From contig CAVYIM010000009.1 in the NCBI GenBank assembly GCA_963768655.1, forward strand, positions 128,001 through 192,000: a DNA stretch of 64,000 nt. Reading direction: 5' to 3'. Under the pieces are notes generated by a model. The model was not told the DNA's origin. It did no database searches and was given only the letters and a program-made list of their open reading frames with translations. Within the stretch, counting starts at the first letter, position 1. Each line of letters begins with the position of its first letter. This stretch comes from an uncultured Chloroflexia bacterium (lineage in GTDB: Bacteria > Chloroflexota > Limnocylindria > Limnocylindrales > CSP1-4). The translations under genes were made by a program, and so were the position numbers. Of this stretch, positions 29,120 to 39,002 are shown one piece after another.

Positions 29120-30816
29120 TAGAGCAGCTCCCCGTTGGACCAGCCCGTCGCTTCGCCCTCGCGCGGACGGGGCTCCTCGCCGGGGGCGTATTCGAAGCTG
29201 GGCTCGCGCGGCGCCCGGGGCTCGGAGGCGGCGCCAGTGGTCTCCGGCACGGGGGCCCCCTGCGCGTCCCCGGCCACCGCGTCCCCCGGCGTCCGGCTCT
29301 CCGAGCCCGGCTCCAGCCCGGGCAGAGGCTGGCCGGCCTTTCCTTCGATCGGTCCGACCCCGTAGGGCACCCACTTGGACGGATCCTGCAGCCGGTGCGC
29401 GGCCTCGATGCCGCGGCGATGCGTCTGCTCGAAGCCGGCCGGCTCGATCCAGAGACGCTCGCCCTGGAGCAGCCCGGAGACGCCGACCTGGCCCGGTTCG
29501 GGGCGGGGGTGCTGACAATACTTGCAGGTGGCCGAGTCGTGCGGCGTGTACTGCGTGGGCTCCTCGTAGGTCGTGATGTAGCCCTCGTAGTTGCGCAGGA
29601 TCACCTTGTGATCGGAGTAGCTGATCAGGTAGTTGGGCATGACCGGGATCTTCCCGCCGCCGCCGGGCGCGTCGATCATGTATGTCGGGACGGCGTATCC
29701 GGAGGTGTGGCCGCGCAGGCCCTCCATGATCTCGATGCCCTTGCCGACCGGCGTGCGGAAGTGGCCGGAGCCCTCGACCAGGTCGCACTGGTAGAGGTAG
29801 TAGGGCCGGATGCGGTTCTCGACGAGCTTGTGGACGAGGGCTCGCTGGATGTGCAGGCAGTCGTTGACGCCGGCCAGCAGGACCGACTGGTTGCCCAGGG
29901 GGATGCCGGCTCGAGTCAGCTTGTCGCAGGCGCGCGCGACTTCGGGCGTCAGCTCGTTCGGATGGTTGAAGTGGAGGTTCATCCAGAGCGGGTGGTACTT
30001 CGCCAGCATTTCGCATAGCTCGTCGTCGATGCGCTGCGGCAAGAAGACCGGCACGCGGGAGCCGATCCGGACGATCTCGATGTGGGGGATGTCGCGCAGC
30101 CCGCGGAGGATCGACTCGAGAAGCTTGGGGGCGAGAGTGAGGCCGTCGCCGCCGGAGATGAGCACGTCGCGGACCTGCGGTGTGCGGCGCAGGTAATCCA
30201 GTTGGGCCTCGACGTCGTGGCGGCTGAAGTTCTGCGTGGCGTCGCCCACGATGCGCGACCGCGTGCAGTATCGACAGTAGCTGGCGCACTGGGTGGTGAC
30301 CAACATCAGGACCCGGTCCGGGTATCGGTGGACCAGCCCTGGAACAGGGGAGTGGCGGTCCTCGGCCAGCGAGTCTTCCATCATCGAGGTGAAGGCTTCG
30401 TGCTCGCAGTCGGTCGGGATGACCTGGCGGCGGATCGGGTCGTTGGGGTCGTCGGGGTCGATCAGGCTCAGGAAGTAGGGCGTGACGTCGACCCGGAACT
30501 TGTCCGGAGAGGAGAGCCCGGCGCGCTCGTCGTCGGTGAGGTTGAGGACGCGGCCGATCTCGTCGAGCGTGTTCACGCGGTTGCTGAGCTGCCAGCGCCA
30601 GTCGTTCCAGCGCTCGTCGGGCACGTCCGCCCACATCGGCGCGCGGCGGCTGACGGCAGGCTTGCCGTCGGGGCCGAGGGCGCGGGCGGGGTCGCGCAGG
30701 TTTACGAACGGGGTTTCGTCGCGGGGGGCCAGATCGTGGCTCGGCGCCCGATCCCGGCGCGCGGCGGCAGCGTGAGTCGTCGCGAGATCGCGACCTCCGT
30801 CCGTGGGACCGACCAT
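29119..30816 (-). CDS. kamA: Lysine 2,3-aminomutase (KamA, radical SAM)
   Basis: WNDWRWQL, GLVHRYPDRVL, CASYCRYCTR, PYYLYQCD, GLRGHTSG, PGGGGKIP, LRNYEG. Confidence 0.92.
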   Translation of the reverse strand: MVGPTDGGRDLATTHAAAARRDRAPSHDLAPRDETPFVNLRDPARALGPDGKPAVSRRAPMWADVPDERWNDWRWQLSNRVNTLDEIGRVLNLTDDERAGLSSPDKFRVDVTPYFLSLIDPDDPNDPIRRQVIPTDCEHEAFTSMMEDSLAEDRHSPVPGLVHRYPDRVLMLVTTQCASYCRYCTRSRIVGDATQNFSRHDVEAQLDYLRRTPQVRDVLISGGDGLTLAPKLLESILRGLRDIPHIEIVRIGSRVPVFLPQRIDDELCEMLAKYHPLWMNLHFNHPNELTPEVARACDKLTRAGIPLGNQSVLLAGVNDCLHIQRALVHKLVENRIRPYYLYQCDLVEGSGHFRTPVGKGIEIMEGLRGHTSGYAVPTYMIDAPGGGGKIPVMPNYLISYSDHKVILRNYEGYITTYEEPTQYTPHDSATCKYCQHPRPEPGQVGVSGLLQGERLWIEPAGFEQTHRRGIEAAHRLQDPSKWVPYGVGPIEGKAGQPLPGLEPGSESRTPGDAVAGDAQGAPVPETTGAASEPRAPREPSFEYAPGEEPRPREGEATGWSNGELL

Positions 30817-31137
30817 GACGCGCCTCCGCTCTGCCGCCGTCCCTGTCCGGGGTCGACCGGTCGGCTCAACGCATAAACCCTATGCACCATGAATGCTAGC
30901 GGATGATACATCGCCGCCGCGGTGATGGCTTCGAATGTCGTCTGGCGGGTCGGGCTTGGTCCGGATGGACAGCGGCCGGCGTCGGCCGGCGGACACGAAC
31001 GTCGGTTCAGCGGACACGTACGCGGCGTGGCGACGGCGCATAATCCGCCTCGGGCCCCAGGGAGCAGGCCAAAGTCTGGCCGGGGTCAGCAGGGGGGTGG
31101 GCCGAAGGCCCGCCACCGCCGGGAGAGAGGTGGGTAC

Positions 31138-33957
31138 ATGCAAACCGGTCTGATCCGGCGAGTCAGCTTGCTGGTCGCCGTGGGCGCGCTGGTCGCCCTC
31201 GTCTGGCCGGCGGCGGCTCCGGCCGTCGCCGCGGACACGAACGTGGCCCCGACGGTCACCGCCTTCGTGTCCAATCCCAATCCCGTAGAGCCGCAAACGG
31301 TGTACGCCTACGCGATCTTCACAGACCCGGAGTCCGCAACCGAGACGTACAACTGCACGATCGACTACGGAGACGGCTCGCTGTTCGTGACGGGCGTCGT
31401 GTCGGACCTGACCTGCACGGGCCCGGCGCACCAGTACACGGTCTCGGGTTCATACGTGGTGATGGTCTTCGTCACGGATAGTGGCGGGGCCTCCGGCATG
31501 GGCATGGCCGGTCTGACGTACACGAACTGGGCCCCGTCGGTTGTCGGGCTCGGCCTGGTGGGTGACGTGGAAGTCGGCCGGACCTCGCACGCGGTAGCCG
31601 CCGTCATCGACCCGGGCGCCGCCTTCGAGACCTACACTTGCACCTCGATCGACTACGGCGACGGCACGCCGCCGCAGCCCGGCACCTGGGTCCCGACCGG
31701 CTGGAGCGACGGGTTGCCCCGCTGCGTCTTCCCCGATCACGTCTATTCGGCAACTGGCACCTACACGCTCAGGGCGGTCGTCACCGACAGTGGCGGCGCC
31801 AGCGGCTCGGCGATCTTCAACGAAACCATCGTCCCGGAGGTCACGCCGCTGGTCATCGCGCCCCCGGACCAGATCGTCCACAGCGCCCAGGACGCCTTCT
31901 ACGTGGGCTGGCACGATTACAACCTCGGGTCCTTCACCGATCCTGGCGGCGCCGCGGCCGGTCCATGGACGTGGACCGCGTACTGGGGCGACGGCAACGT
32001 CGACACGGGCACGGCGGCAAGCCAGGGCGCCCTCGACGCCGGCCATGTCTACCAACCAGGGACTTACCAGGTTCGAGTCGTGGTCCAGAACAGGGCCGGC
32101 TGGTGGAGCGACGCCTTCTTCAACGTCACCCTGATCGACGACGGCCCGACGGTCGTGTTCGCCTCCGGCGACGTGTCGGCCGTGGAAGGCGTACCGGCCA
32201 CTCTGGTCACGGGCTTCTACGATCCCGCGCCGGATGCCCCCTTCGCGGTCCACGTCGATTGGGGCGACGGAACCTCGCAGGACCTGTCCATTTCCGCCAT
32301 CGGCCCGATCAGCCTGACCCACACCTACACGACGACGGGCCCGACGCTGCCCGGCGAGGACTACTTCGTCGACACGGCGACCGTGACCGTAACCGATGCC
32401 CTCGGCGTCGTGGGGACGGGGAGCAAGGCCGTCTACGTCGTTGACGAAGCGCCGCTCGTTACGGCCTCGCCCAAGATCGTCATGACGGAGGGGCAGAGCT
32501 CGCTCCTCACGCTGGCGACTTTCACCGATGCCAGCGCGGGACCGTGGACGGTCGACATCGGCTACGGCACACGCTGGGAAGTGGACGAGACGTTCCAGAC
32601 ACCCGGTGACATCCAGCTCCAGTTCGGGGCCAACCCGGGCGACTACTCCATCCCGATTCTGGTCACGGACGTCGGCGGACAGGGGACTGAGGTCGCGGTC
32701 GAGGTCGTCGTCCAGAACGTGGCGCCCGTCGTCTCGCCCGACCAGGTCCCGACCTCGACGAAGATCGGGCTCGCTGTGGCGCCGACCTACACGTTCGGCG
32801 ACCCCGGCTACCAGATCGATGGTGAGACCTACACCTGCACGGTCGACTACGGTGACGGCGGCGGGCCTCAGGCCGGCGTTGTCGTCGGCCTCGAATGCCA
32901 GGGCCCGGCGCACTCGTACGGCAAGGCGGGCACCTACACGCTGACTGCCCAGGTGGCCGACTCGAACGGGGGAGCTGGCACCTATTCGTCGACGCTGACG
33001 GTCGTGAACCCGGCGCCTGTCGTCGGCGCAATCTCAGCGCCCGATCAGGTGAACGAGGGATCGTCGGTGACCGCCTCGGCTGCCTTCACTCCGGCCAATT
33101 CACACGCTTCCTGCACGGTCGACTACGGCGAAGGCGCGGGGCCGGTGGCCGGGACGATCACCGGCTCGACGTGCCGGGGCCCAAATCACCTCTACGGTCG
33201 CCCGGGCACGTTCATGATCACCGTTGTCGTGACGGCTTCCTCTGGATCGTCGGGCTCGGCGACGAAATCGATCACGGTCGTGAACGTGGCGCCGACGGTG
33301 ACCTCGATCACCGCGACTCCCGGCGTTGCGACGATGGGTTCCTCGGTCAAGCTGTCACTCAAGTTCACTGATCCCGGCACCAGCGAGACCCACAGGGCCG
33401 TGGTGGACTGGGGCGACGGTGTCATCACGGTGATTGATCTCGGGTCCGCCACGAGGTCGCTCACCAGCACGCATGTCTTCGCGAAGGCCGGTCTATACCC
33501 GGTCTATGTGTATCTGACCGATTGGACGATCTGGATCTCCTCGACCCCTGGCGTCGTGGCCATCTACGACCCCAGTCGGTCCGTCTCCGGCTCGGGCTCG
33601 GTGCCCTCTCCCGCAGGCGCCTGCCAGCTCTCGTCGAAGTGCGGCGTCGCCTCGACGGCGACCTTCTCCCTGAGCGCGAAGTACGCCAAGGGGGCGACGA
33701 AGCCGACGGTGGCGCTGACGTTCTCGGCGGCTGGCTTCAGCCTTTCGGCAACAGGGGCCGACTGGTTCGTGGCAGCCGGCGGAACGGCGACGATCCAGGG
33801 CGCCGCAAAGGTCAACGGCGCGGCCGGATACACGTTCCAGCTAACAGCCATCGATGGCACGCCGGACTCTCTGCTGCTCCAGGTTTGGGACTCGAAGGGC
33901 GTCCTCGTCTACGAGAGCGGCGCGCCGCTGAAGTGCGGCTCCATCACGATCAAGTAG
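31138..33957 (+). CDS. Large secreted PKD-repeat (Ig-like) protein
   Basis: Signal peptide (AVAA), repeated (C)x(I/V)DYGDG/WGDG..H.Y...GTY units, C-terminal YDPS..G.G..PSPAGA domain; SD GAGAGG. Confidence 0.88.
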   Translation: MQTGLIRRVSLLVAVGALVALVWPAAAPAVAADTNVAPTVTAFVSNPNPVEPQTVYAYAIFTDPESATETYNCTIDYGDGSLFVTGVVSDLTCTGPAHQYTVSGSYVVMVFVTDSGGASGMGMAGLTYTNWAPSVVGLGLVGDVEVGRTSHAVAAVIDPGAAFETYTCTSIDYGDGTPPQPGTWVPTGWSDGLPRCVFPDHVYSATGTYTLRAVVTDSGGASGSAIFNETIVPEVTPLVIAPPDQIVHSAQDAFYVGWHDYNLGSFTDPGGAAAGPWTWTAYWGDGNVDTGTAASQGALDAGHVYQPGTYQVRVVVQNRAGWWSDAFFNVTLIDDGPTVVFASGDVSAVEGVPATLVTGFYDPAPDAPFAVHVDWGDGTSQDLSISAIGPISLTHTYTTTGPTLPGEDYFVDTATVTVTDALGVVGTGSKAVYVVDEAPLVTASPKIVMTEGQSSLLTLATFTDASAGPWTVDIGYGTRWEVDETFQTPGDIQLQFGANPGDYSIPILVTDVGGQGTEVAVEVVVQNVAPVVSPDQVPTSTKIGLAVAPTYTFGDPGYQIDGETYTCTVDYGDGGGPQAGVVVGLECQGPAHSYGKAGTYTLTAQVADSNGGAGTYSSTLTVVNPAPVVGAISAPDQVNEGSSVTASAAFTPANSHASCTVDYGEGAGPVAGTITGSTCRGPNHLYGRPGTFMITVVVTASSGSSGSATKSITVVNVAPTVTSITATPGVATMGSSVKLSLKFTDPGTSETHRAVVDWGDGVITVIDLGSATRSLTSTHVFAKAGLYPVYVYLTDWTIWISSTPGVVAIYDPSRSVSGSGSVPSPAGACQLSSKCGVASTATFSLSAKYAKGATKPTVALTFSAAGFSLSATGADWFVAAGGTATIQGAAKVNGAAGYTFQLTAIDGTPDSLLLQVWDSKGVLVYESGAPLKCGSITIK

Positions 33958-33975
33958 GGTTGGCGGCGGGCCGCG

Positions 33976-34539
33976 TCAGCGCCCGCCGGTGGCCCGCTCC
34001 AGAGCCAGCGTCTGCACGGCCAGGATCGTCATCGCGTCGACGATCTCGCCGCGGGCGATCATGGTCATGACCTCGTCGAACGGAACCCAGCGCAGCTGGA
34101 GCTGCTCCGTGCCTTCCGGCGAGGCCGGGCCTGCCTCGAGACCGGTGGCGACGAACAGGATCGTCACCTCGTCCGTGACCGAGTTGGACAGCTCCGCGCG
34201 GCAGATCTCGCGCCACGTCCCGCCGACGAAGCCGGTCTCTTCCGCCAGCTCGCGCCGGGCCGCCGCCTCGGGGATCTCGTCGAAGCTACCGCCGCCCTCC
34301 GGGATCTCCCAGGAGTAGTGGTTCATCGTGTAGCGGAACTGGCCCACGAGCAGAACCCGGTCGGTTGCGGTGTCGAGCGGCACGACGCCGATGGCCAGGT
34401 GCCGGAAATGGACCACGCCGTAGATCCCCGGCTTCCCATCGGGCCGAACGACATCGTCGTGCAGGACTTCGAGCCAGGGATTCTCATATGCGACGCGCCG
34501 AGAAACGCGCTGCCAGGGGTTGGACTCGGTCGAGCTCAT
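33976..34539 (-). CDS. NUDIX hydrolase (ADP-ribose pyrophosphatase-like)
   Basis: Nudix box WEIPEGG....PEAAARRELAEETG; YENPW. Confidence 0.92.
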   Translation of the reverse strand: MSSTESNPWQRVSRRVAYENPWLEVLHDDVVRPDGKPGIYGVVHFRHLAIGVVPLDTATDRVLLVGQFRYTMNHYSWEIPEGGGSFDEIPEAAARRELAEETGFVGGTWREICRAELSNSVTDEVTILFVATGLEAGPASPEGTEQLQLRWVPFDEVMTMIARGEIVDAMTILAVQTLALERATGGR

Positions 34540-34676
34540 GTGGCAAATGGTAGCGGGGCCGCCTCGCCGGCGCCGTCGCGCGCGGCGTCGCGGCGGGAAC
34601 CGGCGACTGGCTCTCGGCGTCTCAGCCATGTCCACGAGACAGCCGAAACCGACAGACACGCCGCCAGGGAGAAGAG

Positions 34677-35492
34677 ATGAACGACACACCGAACTACGCC
34701 TCGGCCGAACGGACCGAGTCCGCTGCCGAGGCCACCCACCGGCCCAAGTTCCTGACGGTCGGCGGAATCGTGGCCGCGACCGCGGCCTTCAGCCTGCTGG
34801 TCGGCATCGTCGCCGGGCCGATCATCGCCAACAGCCACGTTCAGGGCGCAGACCCGACGGGCACTCCTGAGCACACCATCACCGTGTCGGGCACGGGCGA
34901 CGTCAGCGTCGCCCCGGACGTGGCCGACGTGTATCTGGGCATCTCGGTCACCATGCCGACCGCGAAGGCCGCCCGCGACGCGGCGGCAACCTCCATGACG
35001 GCCGTCCTCGCGGCCGTGAAGCAGGACGGGGTGGCCGACAAGGACATCGTGACCACCAACGTCAGCCTGAACCCGGTCTACGACTACAGCTCCGGCGGCT
35101 CCTCGGGGAAGCTCACCGGCTACCAGTACACCAACACGGTCAAGGCCACCGTTCGCGACCTGACCAGAGTCCCGAACGTCCTCGACGACGCGGTCGCGGC
35201 CGGAGCGACCACAGTCCAGGGCATCTCGTTCCGTCTTGACGATCCCACCTCGGTCGACGCCCAGGCTCGCCAGCTGGCCATGGCCGACGCGAGAAGCAAG
35301 GCCAACGCGCTGGCGCAAGCGGCGGGCGTCTCCATCCAGGGCGTGGCCAGCATCAGCGAGGTCACTTCGAGCTCGCCGATCATCGAATACGCGCCCACGG
35401 CAAGCGTCGCCCAGAATTCGGTCTCGACGCCGATCCAGACCGGTACCACGGACATCTCGGTCCAGGTCACGGTCAGCTACCTGATTGGTTGA
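34677..35492 (+). CDS. SIMPL (DUF541) domain protein
   Basis: ITVSGTGDVSVAPDVA, AMADARSKA..LA.AAGV, ISVQVTVSY. Confidence 0.9.
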   Translation: MNDTPNYASAERTESAAEATHRPKFLTVGGIVAATAAFSLLVGIVAGPIIANSHVQGADPTGTPEHTITVSGTGDVSVAPDVADVYLGISVTMPTAKAARDAAATSMTAVLAAVKQDGVADKDIVTTNVSLNPVYDYSSGGSSGKLTGYQYTNTVKATVRDLTRVPNVLDDAVAAGATTVQGISFRLDDPTSVDAQARQLAMADARSKANALAQAAGVSIQGVASISEVTSSSPIIEYAPTASVAQNSVSTPIQTGTTDISVQVTVSYLIG

Positions 35493-35538
35493 CATCTGGA
35501 AGGGTGGAGCGGCGACCCGCCGCTCGGAGGTTCACCAG

Positions 35539-35568
35539 GAGGAGCGGTCGCGACGGCGGCCGCTCCTC
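35539..35568 (+). terminator. Hairpin after SIMPL gene
   Basis: gaggagcggtcgc-gacg-gcggccgctcctc. Confidence 0.5.
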
Positions 35569-35694
35569 GGCGTCTCCAGGATGTCGCGCCGTTCAATCAC
35601 CATCTAGTTCGGTGCACTTTCTGCCGCGTGGCACTCGATGGCAGGACCAACGGCAGGGTCTTGCCTCTCGCGGCCGGCGCGATACTGTTTGACT

Positions 35695-36135
35695 ATGCGA
35701 CTAGATCTGACCAAGCGCAGCGACTACGCGATCCGCGCCATGCTTGCGCTGACCATGGCCAAGGATGGTCTCCTGAGCAGCCGCAAGATCGCGGAGGAGA
35801 TGAAGATCCCGCCGCGATTCCTGCCCCAGATCATGGGTGACCTCACGCGGGCCGGTCTCGTCGACGCCCATCCCGGTCGCGCCGGGGGCTACAAGCTGGC
35901 CCGGCCGGCATCGTCCGTGACGTTGCTCACGGTCATCGAGGCGGTCGAAGGCGATCCCCACCGGCAGATCTGCGTCATGCGGGGAACGGCCTGCGGCCAG
36001 AACGGCGAATGCGGGGTGCACGACGTCTTCTTCGCGGCCGAGGGCGCAATCCTGGAGAAGCTCCGCGGGGCGACTCTCCAGGGCATCGTCGACGCCTACG
36101 CCGCCAAGCAGGCGGTCGGCGCCGCGGCCACGTAG
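35695..36135 (+). CDS. Rrf2 family transcriptional regulator with Fe-S Cys motif
   Basis: DYAIRAM, IAEEMKIP..FL.QI, G..GGYKLARP, C-x5-C-x5-C-x2-H; promoter TTGCCT-N16-TACTGT 6 nt before ATG. Confidence 0.92.
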   Translation: MRLDLTKRSDYAIRAMLALTMAKDGLLSSRKIAEEMKIPPRFLPQIMGDLTRAGLVDAHPGRAGGYKLARPASSVTLLTVIEAVEGDPHRQICVMRGTACGQNGECGVHDVFFAAEGAILEKLRGATLQGIVDAYAAKQAVGAAAT

Positions 36136-36142
36136 CGTTCGA

Positions 36143-36348
36143 CGGCATCGACCGTCCGGCCAGACGAACTGCCGTTCCGGCGAGGCGAGGAGCGCAAGGA
36201 GCAACACCGGCTCGACCGCCCGCCGGACGAACTGCCGTTCCGGCGAGGCGAGGCCCAGGCGCTGCCGAGCACCGGAGCGAGCGGACCTGGACGTCCGTGA
36301 GCGAGGAGCGCAGGGAGCAACACCGGCATCGACCGCCCGAACGGCAGT
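36143..36348. repeat. MITE/REP-like palindromic element with partial tandem duplication
   Basis: 28-bp direct repeat at 36163-36190 and 36226-36253; second repeat about 36186-36222 vs 36301-36339; terminal inverted repeats ACTGCCGTTC (36231-36240) and GAACGGCAGT (36339-36348). Confidence 0.7.
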
Positions 36349-36929
36349 CAGCCCGGTTTCTGCCTCGCCTCCCATTCCTCGGCGAGGATGCTCATGTGGA
36401 TCTCATCCCAGAAGCGGCCGTCTCGGAAGATCGCGTCGCGGGCGCGACCCTCGACCTTGAAGCCGCACTTCTCGTAGGCGCGGATCGCGCGCGTGTTGAA
36501 CTCGAAAACGGACAGCGCCACCCGATGGAGAGCGAGATGGGTGAACGCGTGGGCGACCATCAGCGCGGTCGCCTCCGACCCGTAGCCTTGCCCCCAGGCG
36601 TCGCGCTCGCCGATGGTTATGTGGTAGAGCGCTGAGCCGTTGTCTCCGTCGAGCTGGCTGAATGCGCAGGTGCCGATAAGCCGATCGGTCTCGCGGACGT
36701 GGATCGCCATCGCCAGAAAGTCGACGCCCAAGATCCGGCCGTGGAAGAAGCGCTCGATCTCCTCCGGTGTCAGCGGCCCGACCTGATAGCGCGTCAGCCG
36801 CGCAACCTCCGGGTCGGTGTACCAGCGCATGAACGCCTTGAGGTTCTCGCCGCGATGGCGGCGCAGGAGGACGCGCTCGCCGACCATCGTCTCCGGACGC
36901 CAGGCCTGCCGGTTCGGGACGAGCGTCAT
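36348..36929 (-). CDS. GNAT acetyltransferase, RimJ/RimL family
   Basis: AWGQGYGSEA, LHRVALSVFEFNTRAIRAYEKCGFKVEG. Confidence 0.92.
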   Translation of the reverse strand: MTLVPNRQAWRPETMVGERVLLRRHRGENLKAFMRWYTDPEVARLTRYQVGPLTPEEIERFFHGRILGVDFLAMAIHVRETDRLIGTCAFSQLDGDNGSALYHITIGERDAWGQGYGSEATALMVAHAFTHLALHRVALSVFEFNTRAIRAYEKCGFKVEGRARDAIFRDGRFWDEIHMSILAEEWEARQKPG

Positions 36930-37055
36930 CGGCGCGGACCCATGGAAGCGCCGAACCAGGCGTCATGACCGAGCAATGGGGCGTCTGTTCGCCAGAGTGA
37001 GCCGCGGGAACCGCGTTGGGCAGGCTTCACAAGGCGAAGGTATACCATCCCGGCC

Positions 37056-38885
37056 ATGCGTGGCTGGAGCGAGTTGGCCGAGCGCGTCGGCGCAACGACC
37101 CGCACCTCCGAAAAGACGGCCCTGCTGGCCCGATATCTCGCCCAGCTCACGAGCGACGAGCTGCGGCCGGCAGCGGTCTTTCTGTCCGGGCGGCCCTTTG
37201 CCGAGTCTGACCAGCGGGCCCTCGGCCTCGGCTGGGCGGCCATCTCCGCCGCCGTAACCCAGATCGCCGGCACCACGGCCGGGGCCCTGGGCGAGGCCTA
37301 CGATCGCTCCTCGGATCTGGGCCGGGCCGTTGCCGACGTCCTGGCCTACCGGCCCGAAGAGCCGGACCCGAGCCACTCCCCGGGGATCGTGGAAGTGGCC
37401 CAGGCCTACGGCGCGATCGAGGCGGCTTCCGGAGCCGCGGCCAAGGGCGCTGTCTTCGGGGCGCTGCTCCGGCGCTGCGACTGCCTCACCGCACAGTACG
37501 TGGTCAAGGTCCTCACCGGCGAACTGCGCATCGGGCTGCGCGACGGCCTGCTGGAGGCGGCCATCGCCGCAGCGTTCGAGAGGCCCGTGGCGCAGGTCCA
37601 GCTGGCGGGGATGCTCACCGGGGACGTGGGCGAGACGGCGGTCCTCGCCAAAGAGGGGCGCCTGGACCAAGCGCGTCTTCGGCTGCTCCACCCCATCAAG
37701 TTCATGCTCGCCTCGCCGGCCGAGGACGCGGCCGAGATCATCTCGCGCCTCGGGCCGACGGTCTGGGTGGAGGACAAGTACGACGGCATCCGTGCCCAGC
37801 TCCACCGGCGGGGCGGCGAAGCGCGCCTGTACTCGCGCGACCTGCACGACATCAGCGACCAGTTCCCGGAGATCGTCGAGGCGGCGAAGGATCTGCCGTG
37901 GGACGGCATTCTCGACGGCGAGATCCTGGCCTACGCCGACGGCCACGTCCTGCCGTTCCTGACCCTGCAGGCGCGGTTGGGTCGAAAGGAGCCGACATCA
38001 CAGGTCCAGGCGGAGGTGCCGGTCGTATACGTCGCCTTCGACCTGCTGGCAGTCGGGCCACGGTCCGCCGGCGGAGCCGGGCCTGCCGCCGACGGAGCCC
38101 GGCGCGCCTCCGACCGGGCCGCTCGCGCCGGAGCGGCGTCCGGGGACGGAGCCGTGCCTGCTGAGGGTGCAGCGGGCGCCGGCAACGTCGGCGCCCCTGT
38201 CGAGGCGCTGCTCCAGGTTCCTCTCTCGGAGCGTCGCCGGCGCCTGGAGTCTCTGGATCTGCCGACCGCCGGCGATGGCGGACGCTTCGCGCTGTCGCAC
38301 CTGATGACGGCCAATTCCGTCGAGGCGCTCGATCGGGTCTTCGGCGAGGCGCGGGCCCGGCGTAACGAAGGCCTGATGGTGAAGGACCCGCAGAGCGGGT
38401 ACTCCCCGGGCCGGCGGGGCCTGGGCTGGCTGAAGATGAAGCGGGCGCTGGCGACGCTGGACTGCGTGGTCGTCGGGGCGGAAGCGGGCCACGGCAAGCG
38501 CCACGGCGTCCTGTCGGACTACACGTTCGCCGTCCGCGACGAGAGCAGCGGCCGGTTCGTCACGATCGGCAAGGCCTACACGGGCCTGACCGATGCGGAG
38601 ATCGCGACCATGACCCAGTGGTTCGAGGCCCACACCGTCCGCCGGCTGGGCCGCTTCCGTCTGGTCGAGCCGACGGTAGTGGTCGAGGTCGCCTTCGACG
38701 TCATCCAGCGTTCTACTCGGCATCAGTCGGGCTTCGCGCTGCGCTTCCCGCGGATCGTCCGCCTGCGGCTCGACAAGAGCGCCGACGAGATCGACACGCT
38801 CCAGACGGTCGAGCGGCTGCACCGCGAGCTCCAGACCGGGGCCGAATACCTGGTCACCGCCGAGGCCCGCAAGACCGGTCGCTGA
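37056..38885 (+). CDS. ligB: ATP-dependent DNA ligase (LigB-like)
   Basis: Motif I EDKYDG, LDGEI, AFDLL, EGLMVK, GRRG..WLKMK, ALRFPRI; N-terminal DNA-binding domain; Ala/Gly-rich insert. Confidence 0.9.
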   Translation: MRGWSELAERVGATTRTSEKTALLARYLAQLTSDELRPAAVFLSGRPFAESDQRALGLGWAAISAAVTQIAGTTAGALGEAYDRSSDLGRAVADVLAYRPEEPDPSHSPGIVEVAQAYGAIEAASGAAAKGAVFGALLRRCDCLTAQYVVKVLTGELRIGLRDGLLEAAIAAAFERPVAQVQLAGMLTGDVGETAVLAKEGRLDQARLRLLHPIKFMLASPAEDAAEIISRLGPTVWVEDKYDGIRAQLHRRGGEARLYSRDLHDISDQFPEIVEAAKDLPWDGILDGEILAYADGHVLPFLTLQARLGRKEPTSQVQAEVPVVYVAFDLLAVGPRSAGGAGPAADGARRASDRAARAGAASGDGAVPAEGAAGAGNVGAPVEALLQVPLSERRRRLESLDLPTAGDGGRFALSHLMTANSVEALDRVFGEARARRNEGLMVKDPQSGYSPGRRGLGWLKMKRALATLDCVVVGAEAGHGKRHGVLSDYTFAVRDESSGRFVTIGKAYTGLTDAEIATMTQWFEAHTVRRLGRFRLVEPTVVVEVAFDVIQRSTRHQSGFALRFPRIVRLRLDKSADEIDTLQTVERLHRELQTGAEYLVTAEARKTGR

Positions 38886-39002
38886 GGAAGCCGGCCGGAG
38901 CCGCACCGCGCCGCCGCGGCGGCGCCGGCCCGAACGAACGTCCTGTCCGATGCCCACGGATGGACCATCCAAACGGACGCGGCGCGCCGCTATCCTGCCG
39001 CC

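Noticed and set aside
31044-31137. c-di-GMP or c-di-AMP riboswitch upstream of the PKD gene (also checked before the SH3 gene)
   Set aside because: Hairpins are present but the conserved core motifs of these riboswitches could not be found
36163-36253. 28-bp repeats with 35-bp gap as a mini-CRISPR
   Set aside because: Only two copies, and the gap sequence is itself repeated at 36301-36339, so it belongs to a larger palindromic element
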